Source: Deltaproteobacteria bacterium TL4 (GTDB taxonomy: Bacteria; SAR324; NAC60-12). Taken from it: DNA of 42,020 nucleotides. The notes below the pieces were generated by a model. That model had not been told where the DNA came from. It saw only the letters and a program-made list of their open reading frames with translations, and made no database searches. The stretch spans positions 1 through 42,020 of the forward strand of contig JBBCAX010000183.1 of assembly GCA_051382335.1 (NCBI GenBank), in the 5' to 3' direction. Shown piece after piece: positions 26,589 to 35,889 of this stretch. The first letter of the stretch is position 1; each line of letters begins with the position of its first letter. The translations under genes were made by a program, and so were the position numbers.

Positions 26589-29500
26589 GTGACCTTGTTT
26601 CCCTTTTACAAAAGTGATAAAGCTTTCCACTATCTAATCATGATGCTTCTCGTTTGTTTCAGCGTCAAAGCGATTTACGCCCTGGAACCTCGTTCCACTT
26701 CTGAGACCAGGCCGGGTGTTCTGGATTTGAGCCAGTGGAACTATCAGGAAGAGGGGATGCTTGATCTTAGAGGGGAGTGGGAATTTTACTGGAAGCAGAT
26801 TCTTTCTCCTGAAGAATTGAGTCAGGGTGGTTCTTTGAACAAGACAGGTTATGCCCCCTTCCCTCATGTTTGGGGCAGAGGCGAAGTCATCAAGGGATCC
26901 TTAATTACTGGAGAGGGCTATGCGACGTATCGTCTGAAAATTATTTTGCCTGAAGCTAACCAGATCTGGGCGTTTAAGTTTTTAGACCTGGGTACCGCTT
27001 TTCGTGCGTATGTGAATGGAAAACTTTTTGCGAGTGCCGGTATCGTGGGTACCTCAAAAGAAAGCATGACGCCAGCCTACCGTCCTCAAGTTGCGCCTTT
27101 TTATGCGTCAGAGCGTGAAGTTGACGTGGTTCTGCACATCTCTAATTATTATCACGACTTAGGAGGACCTTGGTGGGCCACGAGTTTAGGAACTTTTGAA
27201 GCCGCTAAAGCCGCGGAAAAAAAAGAAATCCTTTTTGAAATGTTTCTGATTGGCAGCATCTTCATTATGGTGCCTTATCACCTTGGCCTTTTTTTCCTGA
27301 GGAGAAACGATAAACCCTCCCTCTACTTTGGTTTATTTTGTTTATTAATGGCCTTGCGGACAGGCGTTGTCGGTCAAAAACTGCTGAGTCCACTTTTCCC
27401 AGGAAACTATTGGGTCCTGCAAATGAAGTTGGAATATCTCAACTTTTATTTAGCCGTACCGGTTTTCATGTTGTTTGTACAATCCGTGTTCCCCAAAGAT
27501 TACCCTCAAAAAATTCTCAAGTATTTTTTAATTTTGGGCTTTGGGTTTTCAGGTCTGGTCCTGGTCACGCCTGCGACCGTTTACACTCAAACGCTGATGC
27601 TTTACCAAGTAATCGCACTCATGGCGATTGCGTGTTTTTTCTATGTCTGTGTTCTGGGAATTAACCGGAAAAGAGAAGGTGCTCGAATTCTGGCCTTTGG
27701 AACCGGAGTGTTTCTGATCACCGCGTTGAACGATATTCTTTATATGAACAGCATCATAGCCACAGGAAACTGGACTGCGGTCGGAACGTTTGTATTTATT
27801 TTTTCACAAGCCTATCTTTTGTCTCAAAAATTTACCGCTTCCTTTATTACCACAGAAAAATTATCCGAAGCCTTAGCTGAAAAGAACGAGCAGCTCAAGG
27901 AACACGCTCAAGAACTCAAGCGACTGGACAAACTTAAAGATGAATTTTTGGCAAATACCTCTCATGAATTAAGAACCCCCTTAAACGGAATTATTGGGAT
28001 CGCGGAATCATTGCTTGATGGAGCGACAGGCGAGCTGAAACAGGAAACCAAAGACAATTTGTCAATGATTACCCAGAGTGGAAAACGCTTGTCCAACTTG
28101 GTGAATGACATTCTGGATTTTTCAAAAATGAAAAACCAGGAATTACAGTTACAATTGAAAGCGGTAGACATCCGGAGCATGACCGACATTGTGCTTAAAA
28201 TGTCGAACACGCTGATCCGCAATAAACCGATTCAACTTTACAACAAAATCCCGAAAGACTTTCCTTTGATTGAAGCGGATGAAAATCGAATCGAACAAAT
28301 TTTGATCAACCTGATTGGAAACGCAATCAAGTTTACTCATGAAGGACACGTGACGGTTTCCGCGGAATGGAAGGGAAACACCGCTCGTGTTTTCATTAAA
28401 GATTCCGGCATTGGTGTCCCTGAAGAAAAACAAAAACTGATTTTTGAATCTTTTGAGCAAGGAGATGGTTCCACCGCCAGACAATATGGAGGAACAGGTC
28501 TGGGCTTATCCGTGAGCAGGAAACTGATAGAGCTCCACCATGGAGAAATTACCGTACAAAGCCGAGTGGGAGAAGGGTCGACTTTTATCTTTTCCATTCC
28601 TTTGTCCAAGCGACTGAAAAACCAAGTGGTTTCTGAAAAGAAGGACCCCGGCGAAAACGAACTCTCTGCGGCCCCTGCTAAAACAGCAATTTCCGCTGAA
28701 CCTTCTTTGGCCAGGGAGTTGGCGCTGTCTGCCAAGCAAGCTGAGAATGAAGCAAGTTCCGCAATGGAGACAGCGCCAGGTGGGGAAGAAAGGGAAACGA
28801 TTTTGATTGTTGACGATGAACCGATCAATGTTCAGGTCCTGGTGAATCAGTTGAAACTTCAAAATTATAAAGTATTGACGGCAACAGATGGTTATCAAGC
28901 GCTCGAAATTTTAGAAAAAGAAGTGCCTGATTTGGTTTTGCTGGACATCATGATGCCCCGGATGAGTGGTTATGAAGTCTGTCAACGCATCCGACAAAAG
29001 CACGGTGCCACCAACTTACCCGTGGTGATGCTGACGGCCAAAAATCAGGCGGATGATATTGTCCAAGGCTTACAATGTGGCGCCAATGACTACCTGACCA
29101 AACCTTTTCACAAAAAAGAATTGGAAGCCAGAGTCCATCGGCTATTGGAATTTAAAAAAGCGATTGCTGAATTACAATATACGGAGCGTTTACGCCTGGA
29201 ATTGGAAACCGCACACTCGGTACAAGAGTTTTTAATTCCGCATGAAATTCCAGCATTAAAAGAAATGGAAATTGCCAACTTCTATAAATCCGCCTCTGAA
29301 GCGGGAGGCGACTGGTATAATTACCGTTATCGCCCCGATTTTGGGACTTTGGATATCGTGGTTGGAGATGTTACAGGACACGGTGTTCAGGCAGCTATCG
29401 TGACAGCCATCGCAGAAAGTGTTTTCATTGCCATAGAAACAGAACGGCTTAAAGGAAGCCGGATGGGAAGACGAGACATTCATCAACTGCATCCTTCTTA

Positions 29501-29993
29501 TTTCCTGGAACTGCTGAATGAAGTTCTGGTAGCAACAACAGGAGTACGTTTCAATATGACCTGCTTTTACTCGGTGATTGATTTTGAAAGCCAGCAGATG
29601 GTTAGTGTAGGCGCGGGACATCCGCCCTGTCTGATTTGGAGACCTTCTAAATTTACAGTGAATCTTCACGGAAAAACGAAACAAAAAGAGGTTTTACAAA
29701 TTTCTATTCCTTCCATGCCGTTGGGGTCTGTGGATGGAGGTCCTTTTTATAAGGTGGTGGTGCAAGACCTTCAAAAAGATGATGTGATTTTATGGTACAC
29801 TGACGGATTATTGGAAAATTATAATGCCGCTCATCAAGAGTTCAGTTTACGTACCTTGAAAAAAATCCTGCAACAATCCGCAGACCGTAGTGCCGAAGAA
29901 ATCAAAGATGAAATCATCAGGCAAGCCTATCATTTTTACGGCGAGACTCCAACGGAAGATGACATCACCCTGATCGTTGGGAAAATACGTTAA
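26589..29993 (+). CDS. 7TM-DISM hybrid sensor (HisKA-HATPase-REC-PP2C), paralogue of 18301-21585
   Basis: LRGEWEFYW, GYATYRL, SHELRTPLNG, IVDDEP..LDIMMP, GGDWY/GDVTGHG/GAGHPP/YTDG/DDIT. Exact start uncertain. Confidence 0.9.
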   Translation: MTLFPFYKSDKAFHYLIMMLLVCFSVKAIYALEPRSTSETRPGVLDLSQWNYQEEGMLDLRGEWEFYWKQILSPEELSQGGSLNKTGYAPFPHVWGRGEVIKGSLITGEGYATYRLKIILPEANQIWAFKFLDLGTAFRAYVNGKLFASAGIVGTSKESMTPAYRPQVAPFYASEREVDVVLHISNYYHDLGGPWWATSLGTFEAAKAAEKKEILFEMFLIGSIFIMVPYHLGLFFLRRNDKPSLYFGLFCLLMALRTGVVGQKLLSPLFPGNYWVLQMKLEYLNFYLAVPVFMLFVQSVFPKDYPQKILKYFLILGFGFSGLVLVTPATVYTQTLMLYQVIALMAIACFFYVCVLGINRKREGARILAFGTGVFLITALNDILYMNSIIATGNWTAVGTFVFIFSQAYLLSQKFTASFITTEKLSEALAEKNEQLKEHAQELKRLDKLKDEFLANTSHELRTPLNGIIGIAESLLDGATGELKQETKDNLSMITQSGKRLSNLVNDILDFSKMKNQELQLQLKAVDIRSMTDIVLKMSNTLIRNKPIQLYNKIPKDFPLIEADENRIEQILINLIGNAIKFTHEGHVTVSAEWKGNTARVFIKDSGIGVPEEKQKLIFESFEQGDGSTARQYGGTGLGLSVSRKLIELHHGEITVQSRVGEGSTFIFSIPLSKRLKNQVVSEKKDPGENELSAAPAKTAISAEPSLARELALSAKQAENEASSAMETAPGGEERETILIVDDEPINVQVLVNQLKLQNYKVLTATDGYQALEILEKEVPDLVLLDIMMPRMSGYEVCQRIRQKHGATNLPVVMLTAKNQADDIVQGLQCGANDYLTKPFHKKELEARVHRLLEFKKAIAELQYTERLRLELETAHSVQEFLIPHEIPALKEMEIANFYKSASEAGGDWYNYRYRPDFGTLDIVVGDVTGHGVQAAIVTAIAESVFIAIETERLKGSRMGRRDIHQLHPSYFLELLNEVLVATTGVRFNMTCFYSVIDFESQQMVSVGAGHPPCLIWRPSKFTVNLHGKTKQKEVLQISIPSMPLGSVDGGPFYKVVVQDLQKDDVILWYTDGLLENYNAAHQEFSLRTLKKILQQSADRSAEEIKDEIIRQAYHFYGETPTEDDITLIVGKIR

Positions 29994-30265
29994 GACCTGA
30001 CTTGGTATTGGACGAAATGCTTGCCAAAATAGGAATGGACCACTGTCCTTTTGAGGATTTTCAGAAAACCGTGGCCGCGCTGATGAAGGAGCCGAATGAA
30101 TTAAAATTAATAGAATTAACTCAGCACAGTTACATGACCTTCTCGAAAATCAATGTGATCCACGACCAGCAAAAAAACAGTTTATTGACAAAGTGAACCA
30201 GCTCGGAACCAGCCACAATTAGCTCCAGGCGGTACGGTAGAACTCGGATGAGAGAAGGGTTGACC

Positions 30266-31246
30266 TCATTCAATTTTGGAGATAATGAATCCATCTTTGA
30301 AACGCTTATCCTGCTTCATTAGCATGTTCTGAACTTCCACGGCGTCCTGGCGTGTCTCAAATCCGGTCGTACGGATTTTTGTATAACGGATGCGTTGCTC
30401 CGCTCGATTGGCCTCAAAGAAAATTTGCCCCGCGTAAATCTGATTCAAATTAGATTTCACACGATTTGCGGTGTCCAGATCAGGATAAAATCCCAGCGAA
30501 ATATGAAACCGGTCCCCCGCTTTTTTACGGAAAGCCTGTCCTGCCAATTGGTTATCCTGATTGATCTGACGAACCCAAGTGGACGCGTCTTCCTCCCCAA
30601 AGGTTTTACTGGAAACAATTTCCGTCATGGGTGTTGTTTCAGGAAAGATTTCCAACTCTGCGGGATAACCATGTTTTTTCAGTAAAAAGCGGTAATCATC
30701 AACGCACTCCTTATAAATACAATTCGCCACTTGAATGAAGTATTTCATTTTCTTCACCGCGACAGGGGGAGGCGGAGGCGGCAGTGGTGGCGGCTCCTCT
30801 TTTTGAACGTAAACAATCCTTTCTTGTACTGGTTCCGGCATAGGCATAACGACTGGTGTGGGGGGCGGAGGTGGCAATGGTGGAGGCGGTTCGGGTCTAT
30901 TCAGCACCCAAACCATCACAACACCAATAATCCCCAGGACAATCCCCGACACCGCGGAGATGATGGCAGGAATCAAGAGTGGTTTCTTTTCTTCAGGCTC
31001 TGTTTCTTCAGGTTCTGTAAAAACCTGCTCTTCCGCTTCAGGCTCTGCTTCCGCTTCAGGTTCTTCTTCTTGAACTTCAAGATCATCAATGGTCGAGAGG
31101 TCTTCAAAGAACGAATCGAGTTCACTGTCTCCGTCTCCTCCGGCATCACCGCCAAGATCGGTATCCATGAAGTCATCCATGCCTTCCTCGGAGAAATCAG
31201 AACCATCACCAAAGTCATCCAATCCTTCTAAATCGTCCTCTGCCAT
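30266..31246 (-). CDS. Bitopic membrane protein: acidic N-terminus, TM helix, Pro-rich linker, SPOR-like C-terminal domains
   Basis: D/E-rich first 85 aa, hydrophobic helix, poly-Pro, SPOR-like segments YFIQVAN, FHISLGFYPDLDTA, IRTTGFETRQDA. Confidence 0.7.
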   Translation of the reverse strand: MAEDDLEGLDDFGDGSDFSEEGMDDFMDTDLGGDAGGDGDSELDSFFEDLSTIDDLEVQEEEPEAEAEPEAEEQVFTEPEETEPEEKKPLLIPAIISAVSGIVLGIIGVVMVWVLNRPEPPPPLPPPPPTPVVMPMPEPVQERIVYVQKEEPPPLPPPPPPVAVKKMKYFIQVANCIYKECVDDYRFLLKKHGYPAELEIFPETTPMTEIVSSKTFGEEDASTWVRQINQDNQLAGQAFRKKAGDRFHISLGFYPDLDTANRVKSNLNQIYAGQIFFEANRAEQRIRYTKIRTTGFETRQDAVEVQNMLMKQDKRFKDGFIISKIE

Positions 31247-31291
31247 AATGCCTTTTGCTGTTATCCTGATTGATTATCGCCAAAGAAGAAG

Positions 31292-32068
31292 TTAATCATT
31301 CTTTTGATAGATGAGATACAATCCCCATAAGGTTAAATCTCCATCCCACTGCTGAACAGAAGGGATGGCATTTTTAAAAACTCGAGATAAACCGCCTGTT
31401 GCGACCACAAGGGGTACCGGCTCATTTCGGCATTGCATTTCCTTGATTAACAGACCCACCAGCGCCTCAATCATGCTGGCATAGCCATAAAAAAGGCCGG
31501 ACTTGAGACTGTCCGTTGTATTCGTTCCAATGACATTGGAGGGAGGTTCAAGCTCAACATGAAATAATTGAGATGTTTTTGAAACCAACGCCTCTCTGAT
31601 AATGCCGACACCAGGACAAATGATGCCCCCTGAAAACGCACCCAGATGAGAGATGACATCAAGTGTCGTCGCTGTGCCAAAATCAATCACAATGGAACTG
31701 GAAGCATGGCGCTGATAGACCGCAACCGCATTAACAATCCGGTCCTGTCCTACCTTTTCCGGCGCATCCACCGCCAAGGTGATTCCCAAATTCAATTTTG
31801 GTGACACCCCTATAGGCTCTTTTCCTATCAATTTTCGGACCATTTTATTAAAAACGGGTAATAACTTTGGCACAACCGTAGAGATAATCGACCCCTGAAG
31901 TTGTCCAAGCTCAATACCTTGAGAGTTCAAGCACGCTATTAACCAGGTTTCATACTCTTGTTCAGGCAGCTCACTATCCGTCGTTTTTCTCCAACTCTGA
32001 AGAATTTGAGCGTCCTTGAACACGGCCAAGACGATGTTGGTATTACCGATATCAAAGGCTAGAATCAT
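31292..32068 (-). CDS. coaX: Type III pantothenate kinase
   Basis: DIGNTNIV, VGQDRIVNA, IDFGTATT, GGIICPG, VATGG. Confidence 0.95.
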   Translation of the reverse strand: MILAFDIGNTNIVLAVFKDAQILQSWRKTTDSELPEQEYETWLIACLNSQGIELGQLQGSIISTVVPKLLPVFNKMVRKLIGKEPIGVSPKLNLGITLAVDAPEKVGQDRIVNAVAVYQRHASSSIVIDFGTATTLDVISHLGAFSGGIICPGVGIIREALVSKTSQLFHVELEPPSNVIGTNTTDSLKSGLFYGYASMIEALVGLLIKEMQCRNEPVPLVVATGGLSRVFKNAIPSVQQWDGDLTLWGLYLIYQKND

Positions 32069-32152
32069 TTTTTTCCGTGGTGTGTTGTTCTCATCAGTGA
32101 GGGGTTTCCTTTATCAGGGCTTACGACTCGATTTCTATAGGGTGGGAGGTTT

Positions 32153-32911
32153 TTAAAGATAAATCACATCACCCGCAACATGGGAAACCACTCGCCCTTC
32201 TGGAGTGAAAATCAGTAAATAGCCGCTAGAGGCCAAGCCTTCAATGCGACCTTCTTTCCAGCCGTCCTGAGTTTCATAACGCACAGACTGGCCCAAAGCC
32301 TGAGAACGGTCTAACCACTCTTCCAGTAACGCAGCCCGTTTACCCTGCTCCAGGTCTTTTTGAATTTTAGAAAGTTGAAGGAGAATCTCTTGAAAAACCG
32401 CTTCCCTTTCAAAGGCTTGTGACGATTCCTGTTCTAAGGTGGTAACGATGGTTCGCAGTTCTTCTGGATATTCTTGCGCACTGCCATAACAATTGACTCC
32501 GATCCCTACAATCAAAACAAAATTTCCTGTTTCCGGATCTGTCGTACTTTCCAATAAGATGCCGCATATTTTTCGTTTTTCAATCAACACATCATTCGGC
32601 CATTTGAGTCGAGGCAAGTGCCGGGTTCGTAATTCCAAAACACGTGCAACGGCAATTCCTGCCATTAAAGAATAGATACCGATGGACTCAATAGGTAATT
32701 CCGTGTGTAAAACCACAGAAAATGTTAAATTTTTACCTGGAAGTGAGATGAATTGACGCCCCATTCGTCCACGACCTGCCGTTTGACGCTCGGTTGTTAC
32801 GACCAGACCATGATGCTGGAGATAAGTCTTTTCTCTCAATAAATATGAGTTGGTGGAATCGACACTCTCCAAACGTATAATCCTGTGTCCCCTATTTTTC
32901 TTTGTGTTCAT
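32153..32911 (-). CDS. birA: Biotin-protein ligase, no N-terminal HTH (class I)
   Basis: VDSTN, QTAGRGRMGR, LKWPND, KICGIL, GIGVN. Confidence 0.95.
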   Translation of the reverse strand: MNTKKNRGHRIIRLESVDSTNSYLLREKTYLQHHGLVVTTERQTAGRGRMGRQFISLPGKNLTFSVVLHTELPIESIGIYSLMAGIAVARVLELRTRHLPRLKWPNDVLIEKRKICGILLESTTDPETGNFVLIVGIGVNCYGSAQEYPEELRTIVTTLEQESSQAFEREAVFQEILLQLSKIQKDLEQGKRAALLEEWLDRSQALGQSVRYETQDGWKEGRIEGLASSGYLLIFTPEGRVVSHVAGDVIYL

Positions 32912-33275
32912 AGCCTTTTCATCAGTGATGAGTTTTTAAAAATAGCTCATGGATTACGTGGAGTTAGCAACACACCTGATTCACGATACGCTATAAAATC
33001 TGTGTGTTTCACATTTTTTTTAAGAACGAAGGGCCAATTGTAAAATTTTTGTAAAACTAAAGAATTCACTAACCGAAATTATTTTTTCCAGTTACAATGA
33101 GGGTGTGAGTAATCAACTTACGTGATCTTACGTTTTTGAACTGTAATGAATCGTGCCCATTCTCAATTTCTTGAAGGACGTAAGTCAGAGTCCCCTTGCA
33201 GAGAAAACACACCACTCCATTAGTATCAATCGCTACAGCTCAGTAAACACAACCCTATTTTTTAACGAGGAAATC

Positions 33276-35003
33276 ATGAGAACCTACCAAACCGCAACTC
33301 ATCCCCTGGGAAACAAAGCAAAAGTCTTATTAACGAGCGTTTTTGGACCTTATGCTCAAGACGACGAATACGGAAGCCGAAAAATCAACCCGATGGAGCT
33401 TTACCAGAACCAGGTTACACGTGTCCAAGGCAGTTTTTCGTTACGCATGTTTCATCGCTCTTTTGGCTTGTTGATGATTCAGTCTAATATTTCAGCACCT
33501 TGTACCCTTTTAGACTTTCCTACCCTGGATCGTTTTATTGAAGAATTGAAACACAACAACTATGACATCATCGGAATTAGCGCCATCATACCCAATGTTG
33601 GCAAGGTCAAAAAAATGTGTGAATTAATCAGGACTCACCAACCGGAGGCGACCCTTGTGATTGGAGGGCATATCGCGAATAAACCAGATCTCGACGCAAT
33701 AATCAATGCGGATCATATTGTTAAAGGCGAGGGGATTCGTTGGTTTCGAAACTATCTTGGCGAAAATGAAAACGCACCGGTCAAACATCCTGCGGTTTTG
33801 TCGGGTTTTGGCGGAAGAATTGTGGGCTATGCCCTTTCTCAAAAACCGAAAACAACGGCTGCGATTTTGCTGCCCTCCGTGGGATGTCCGATGGGGTGTA
33901 ACTTTTGCTCAACTTCTTCCTTTTTTGGCGGAAAAGGGAAATTCATTAATTTTTATGAAACAGGCGAAGAGTTATTCAAAGTGATGTGTGACATTGAAAA
34001 GAAGCTCAAAACACGATCCTTTTTTATTTTAGATGAAAATTTTCTATTGCATCGGAAAAGAGCCTTAAGTTTATTGGAGTTGATGAAGAAACATCAGAAG
34101 AGCTGGGCTTTGTCCGTTTTTAGTTCCGCAAAAATCTTGAGTTCCTATAGCATGGAACAACTGGTGGGTTTAGGGATTGGTTGGGCCTGGATGGGCCTGG
34201 AAGGCGAAGACAGTCAGTATCAAAAACTGCAGGGGACCGATACCAAAGCCTTGGTTAAGGAGTTACAAGCGAATGGAATTCGTGTGTTGGGATCTTCGAT
34301 TATTGGGTTAGAAACCCATACTCCTGAAAATATTTCGCAAATTACGGATTATGCGGTCAGTCATAGCACCGTGTTTCATCAGTTCATGCTGTATACGCCT
34401 GTTCCAGGAACGCCGCTACATGAACAAATGCAAAAGGAGGGAAGACTTCTTCCTGAAGCTGAGTTTCCTGTCGCGGATGCCCATGGACAGTATCGTTTCA
34501 ATTATAAACACCCGCATCTTCAGAATGGGCAGGAGGAGCAATTATTGCTCCAGGCCTTTAATCGGGATTTTGAAGCGAACGGACCCAGTCTCGCGAGATT
34601 GATCCGAGTTCTGCTCTCAGGGTGGCAGAAATACAAGAACCATCCGGATCCACGAGTGGTCGAGCGTTTTAATTGGGAGGTTGATCCTGTCCGAAGCACC
34701 TATGCCGGTGCGGTCTGGGGGATGAAAAAGTGGTATCAACATAATGCGATTATGGAAAAGCAATTGGATGATCTGCTTCAGGATATTTATCAGGAATTTG
34801 GTTGGAAAACGAAAATTATCGCAGAAACTATGGGACGATACGCTTACAGGCAAATCATCAAAGAAGAGAAAAAACTGGCGAGTGGCTGGAGCTACGAACC
34901 GCCTTGCTTTTATGACAAAAACGAAGCGGCATTGGCGCTGGAAAGAGGGTTTTCCATTCCGTTTACAGCAGATCTGCCTCAAATACAATTAGCCGTGAAT
35001 TAA
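33276..35003 (+). CDS. Cobalamin-binding-domain radical SAM protein
   Basis: N-terminal B12-binding-like region (DIIGIS, LVIGGH, VKGEG), GCPMGCNFC, LDENF, YTPVPGTPL. Likely start is ATG 33276 after GAGG (ORF open from 33153). Confidence 0.9.
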   Translation: MRTYQTATHPLGNKAKVLLTSVFGPYAQDDEYGSRKINPMELYQNQVTRVQGSFSLRMFHRSFGLLMIQSNISAPCTLLDFPTLDRFIEELKHNNYDIIGISAIIPNVGKVKKMCELIRTHQPEATLVIGGHIANKPDLDAIINADHIVKGEGIRWFRNYLGENENAPVKHPAVLSGFGGRIVGYALSQKPKTTAAILLPSVGCPMGCNFCSTSSFFGGKGKFINFYETGEELFKVMCDIEKKLKTRSFFILDENFLLHRKRALSLLELMKKHQKSWALSVFSSAKILSSYSMEQLVGLGIGWAWMGLEGEDSQYQKLQGTDTKALVKELQANGIRVLGSSIIGLETHTPENISQITDYAVSHSTVFHQFMLYTPVPGTPLHEQMQKEGRLLPEAEFPVADAHGQYRFNYKHPHLQNGQEEQLLLQAFNRDFEANGPSLARLIRVLLSGWQKYKNHPDPRVVERFNWEVDPVRSTYAGAVWGMKKWYQHNAIMEKQLDDLLQDIYQEFGWKTKIIAETMGRYAYRQIIKEEKKLASGWSYEPPCFYDKNEAALALERGFSIPFTADLPQIQLAVN

Positions 35004-35025
35004 AGTCCGGATTCCTTACGCAAGA

Positions 35026-35049
35026 GGGGCCAACACAGGTGTTGGCCTC
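35026..35049. repeat. GC-rich hairpin (REP-like or terminator-like) after the radical SAM gene
   Basis: GGCCAACAC-AG-GTGTTGGCC perfect 9-bp stem. No U-tract. Confidence 0.45.
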
Positions 35050-35328
35050 ATGCGGAAATGAGGGGAGTCCCCTTGAAAAATCAGTGTTTTCTTCCAAAAG
35101 TAAAAGCAGCGTTCTCACTTTGGCCCCTCTCGGCTTCATCACGCAAAGCCAGCCACGTTCCCCTTACTTTTCAAACAACTTCTTGAACAACGGACTAGGA
35201 TTGATGTGGGGGGGATTCCCCTTGTGCTTGAACGCAAATAGCAAGCATGAATGTGTTGATTTTAAAGTATTGCTCATGATATGTACTAACCAATGTTGAT
35301 ACTGATTCCCTTCCAAAACTAAATATCA

Positions 35329-35763
35329 ATGAGCAAAATTATGAGCATATCCCGCAAAGAACTACTAAGTATCCTGACATTAGCCACTCATATGTCTCAA
35401 TGTGATGGAGCAATGGCTTTGAATGAAAAAAAAATTTTACTTGAAATCTATAAGGCCATTAAAGTGAGCAAAGAAGAGCAAGCCTTTCTCTTGGGGAAAA
35501 AAGTTTCCATAGAGAAAGTCATTAACGAAATCCAGACAGCTGAAATTCGAAAATTGTTGGTTGAAGTCTTACTGTTAGTCTCTGCCGCAGATGGAACCAT
35601 CGATACTCATGAAGAGGATTTTATCTTTAAAATAATGAAGAGATTAAATATGAAAAAATCAAACTTCATCTATTTTGATAAAGAGGGAAAAATCAACGTT
35701 GGCAAATTACAAGAAGATATCGATGCTATTATGAAAAACATCAAACTGCTGGCAACCCCATAA
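35329..35763 (+). CDS. TerB-family protein
   Basis: Duplicated TerB-type motif: MSQCDGAMALNE and VSAADGTIDTHE. Confidence 0.8.
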   Translation: MSKIMSISRKELLSILTLATHMSQCDGAMALNEKKILLEIYKAIKVSKEEQAFLLGKKVSIEKVINEIQTAEIRKLLVEVLLLVSAADGTIDTHEEDFIFKIMKRLNMKKSNFIYFDKEGKINVGKLQEDIDAIMKNIKLLATP

Positions 35764-35889
35764 TTTCTGAAGGAAGGCGTTTGAGCCCCTATCCATTGGA
35801 AGTAACACCAAGCTGTTCACTCAGTCTTGGTGTTGAAAAAACTGGAAAAAAAGACGCTTTCCCTGGATGACACGTTGGAGGGGTTTTTG

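Noticed and set aside
30002..30196. 64-aa ORF after the second sensor
   Set aside because: TTG start, no clear SD and no motif. It could be a gene fragment but cannot be supported.
30731..31295. Gly/Ser- and Arg/Phe-rich antisense ORFs
   Set aside because: Shadows of the Pro/Glu-rich SPOR-like gene.
35004..35300. Possible ncRNA/riboswitch or 86-aa ORF upstream of the TerB-like gene
   Set aside because: Several small hairpins but no recognisable riboswitch consensus; more likely decayed repeat sequence.
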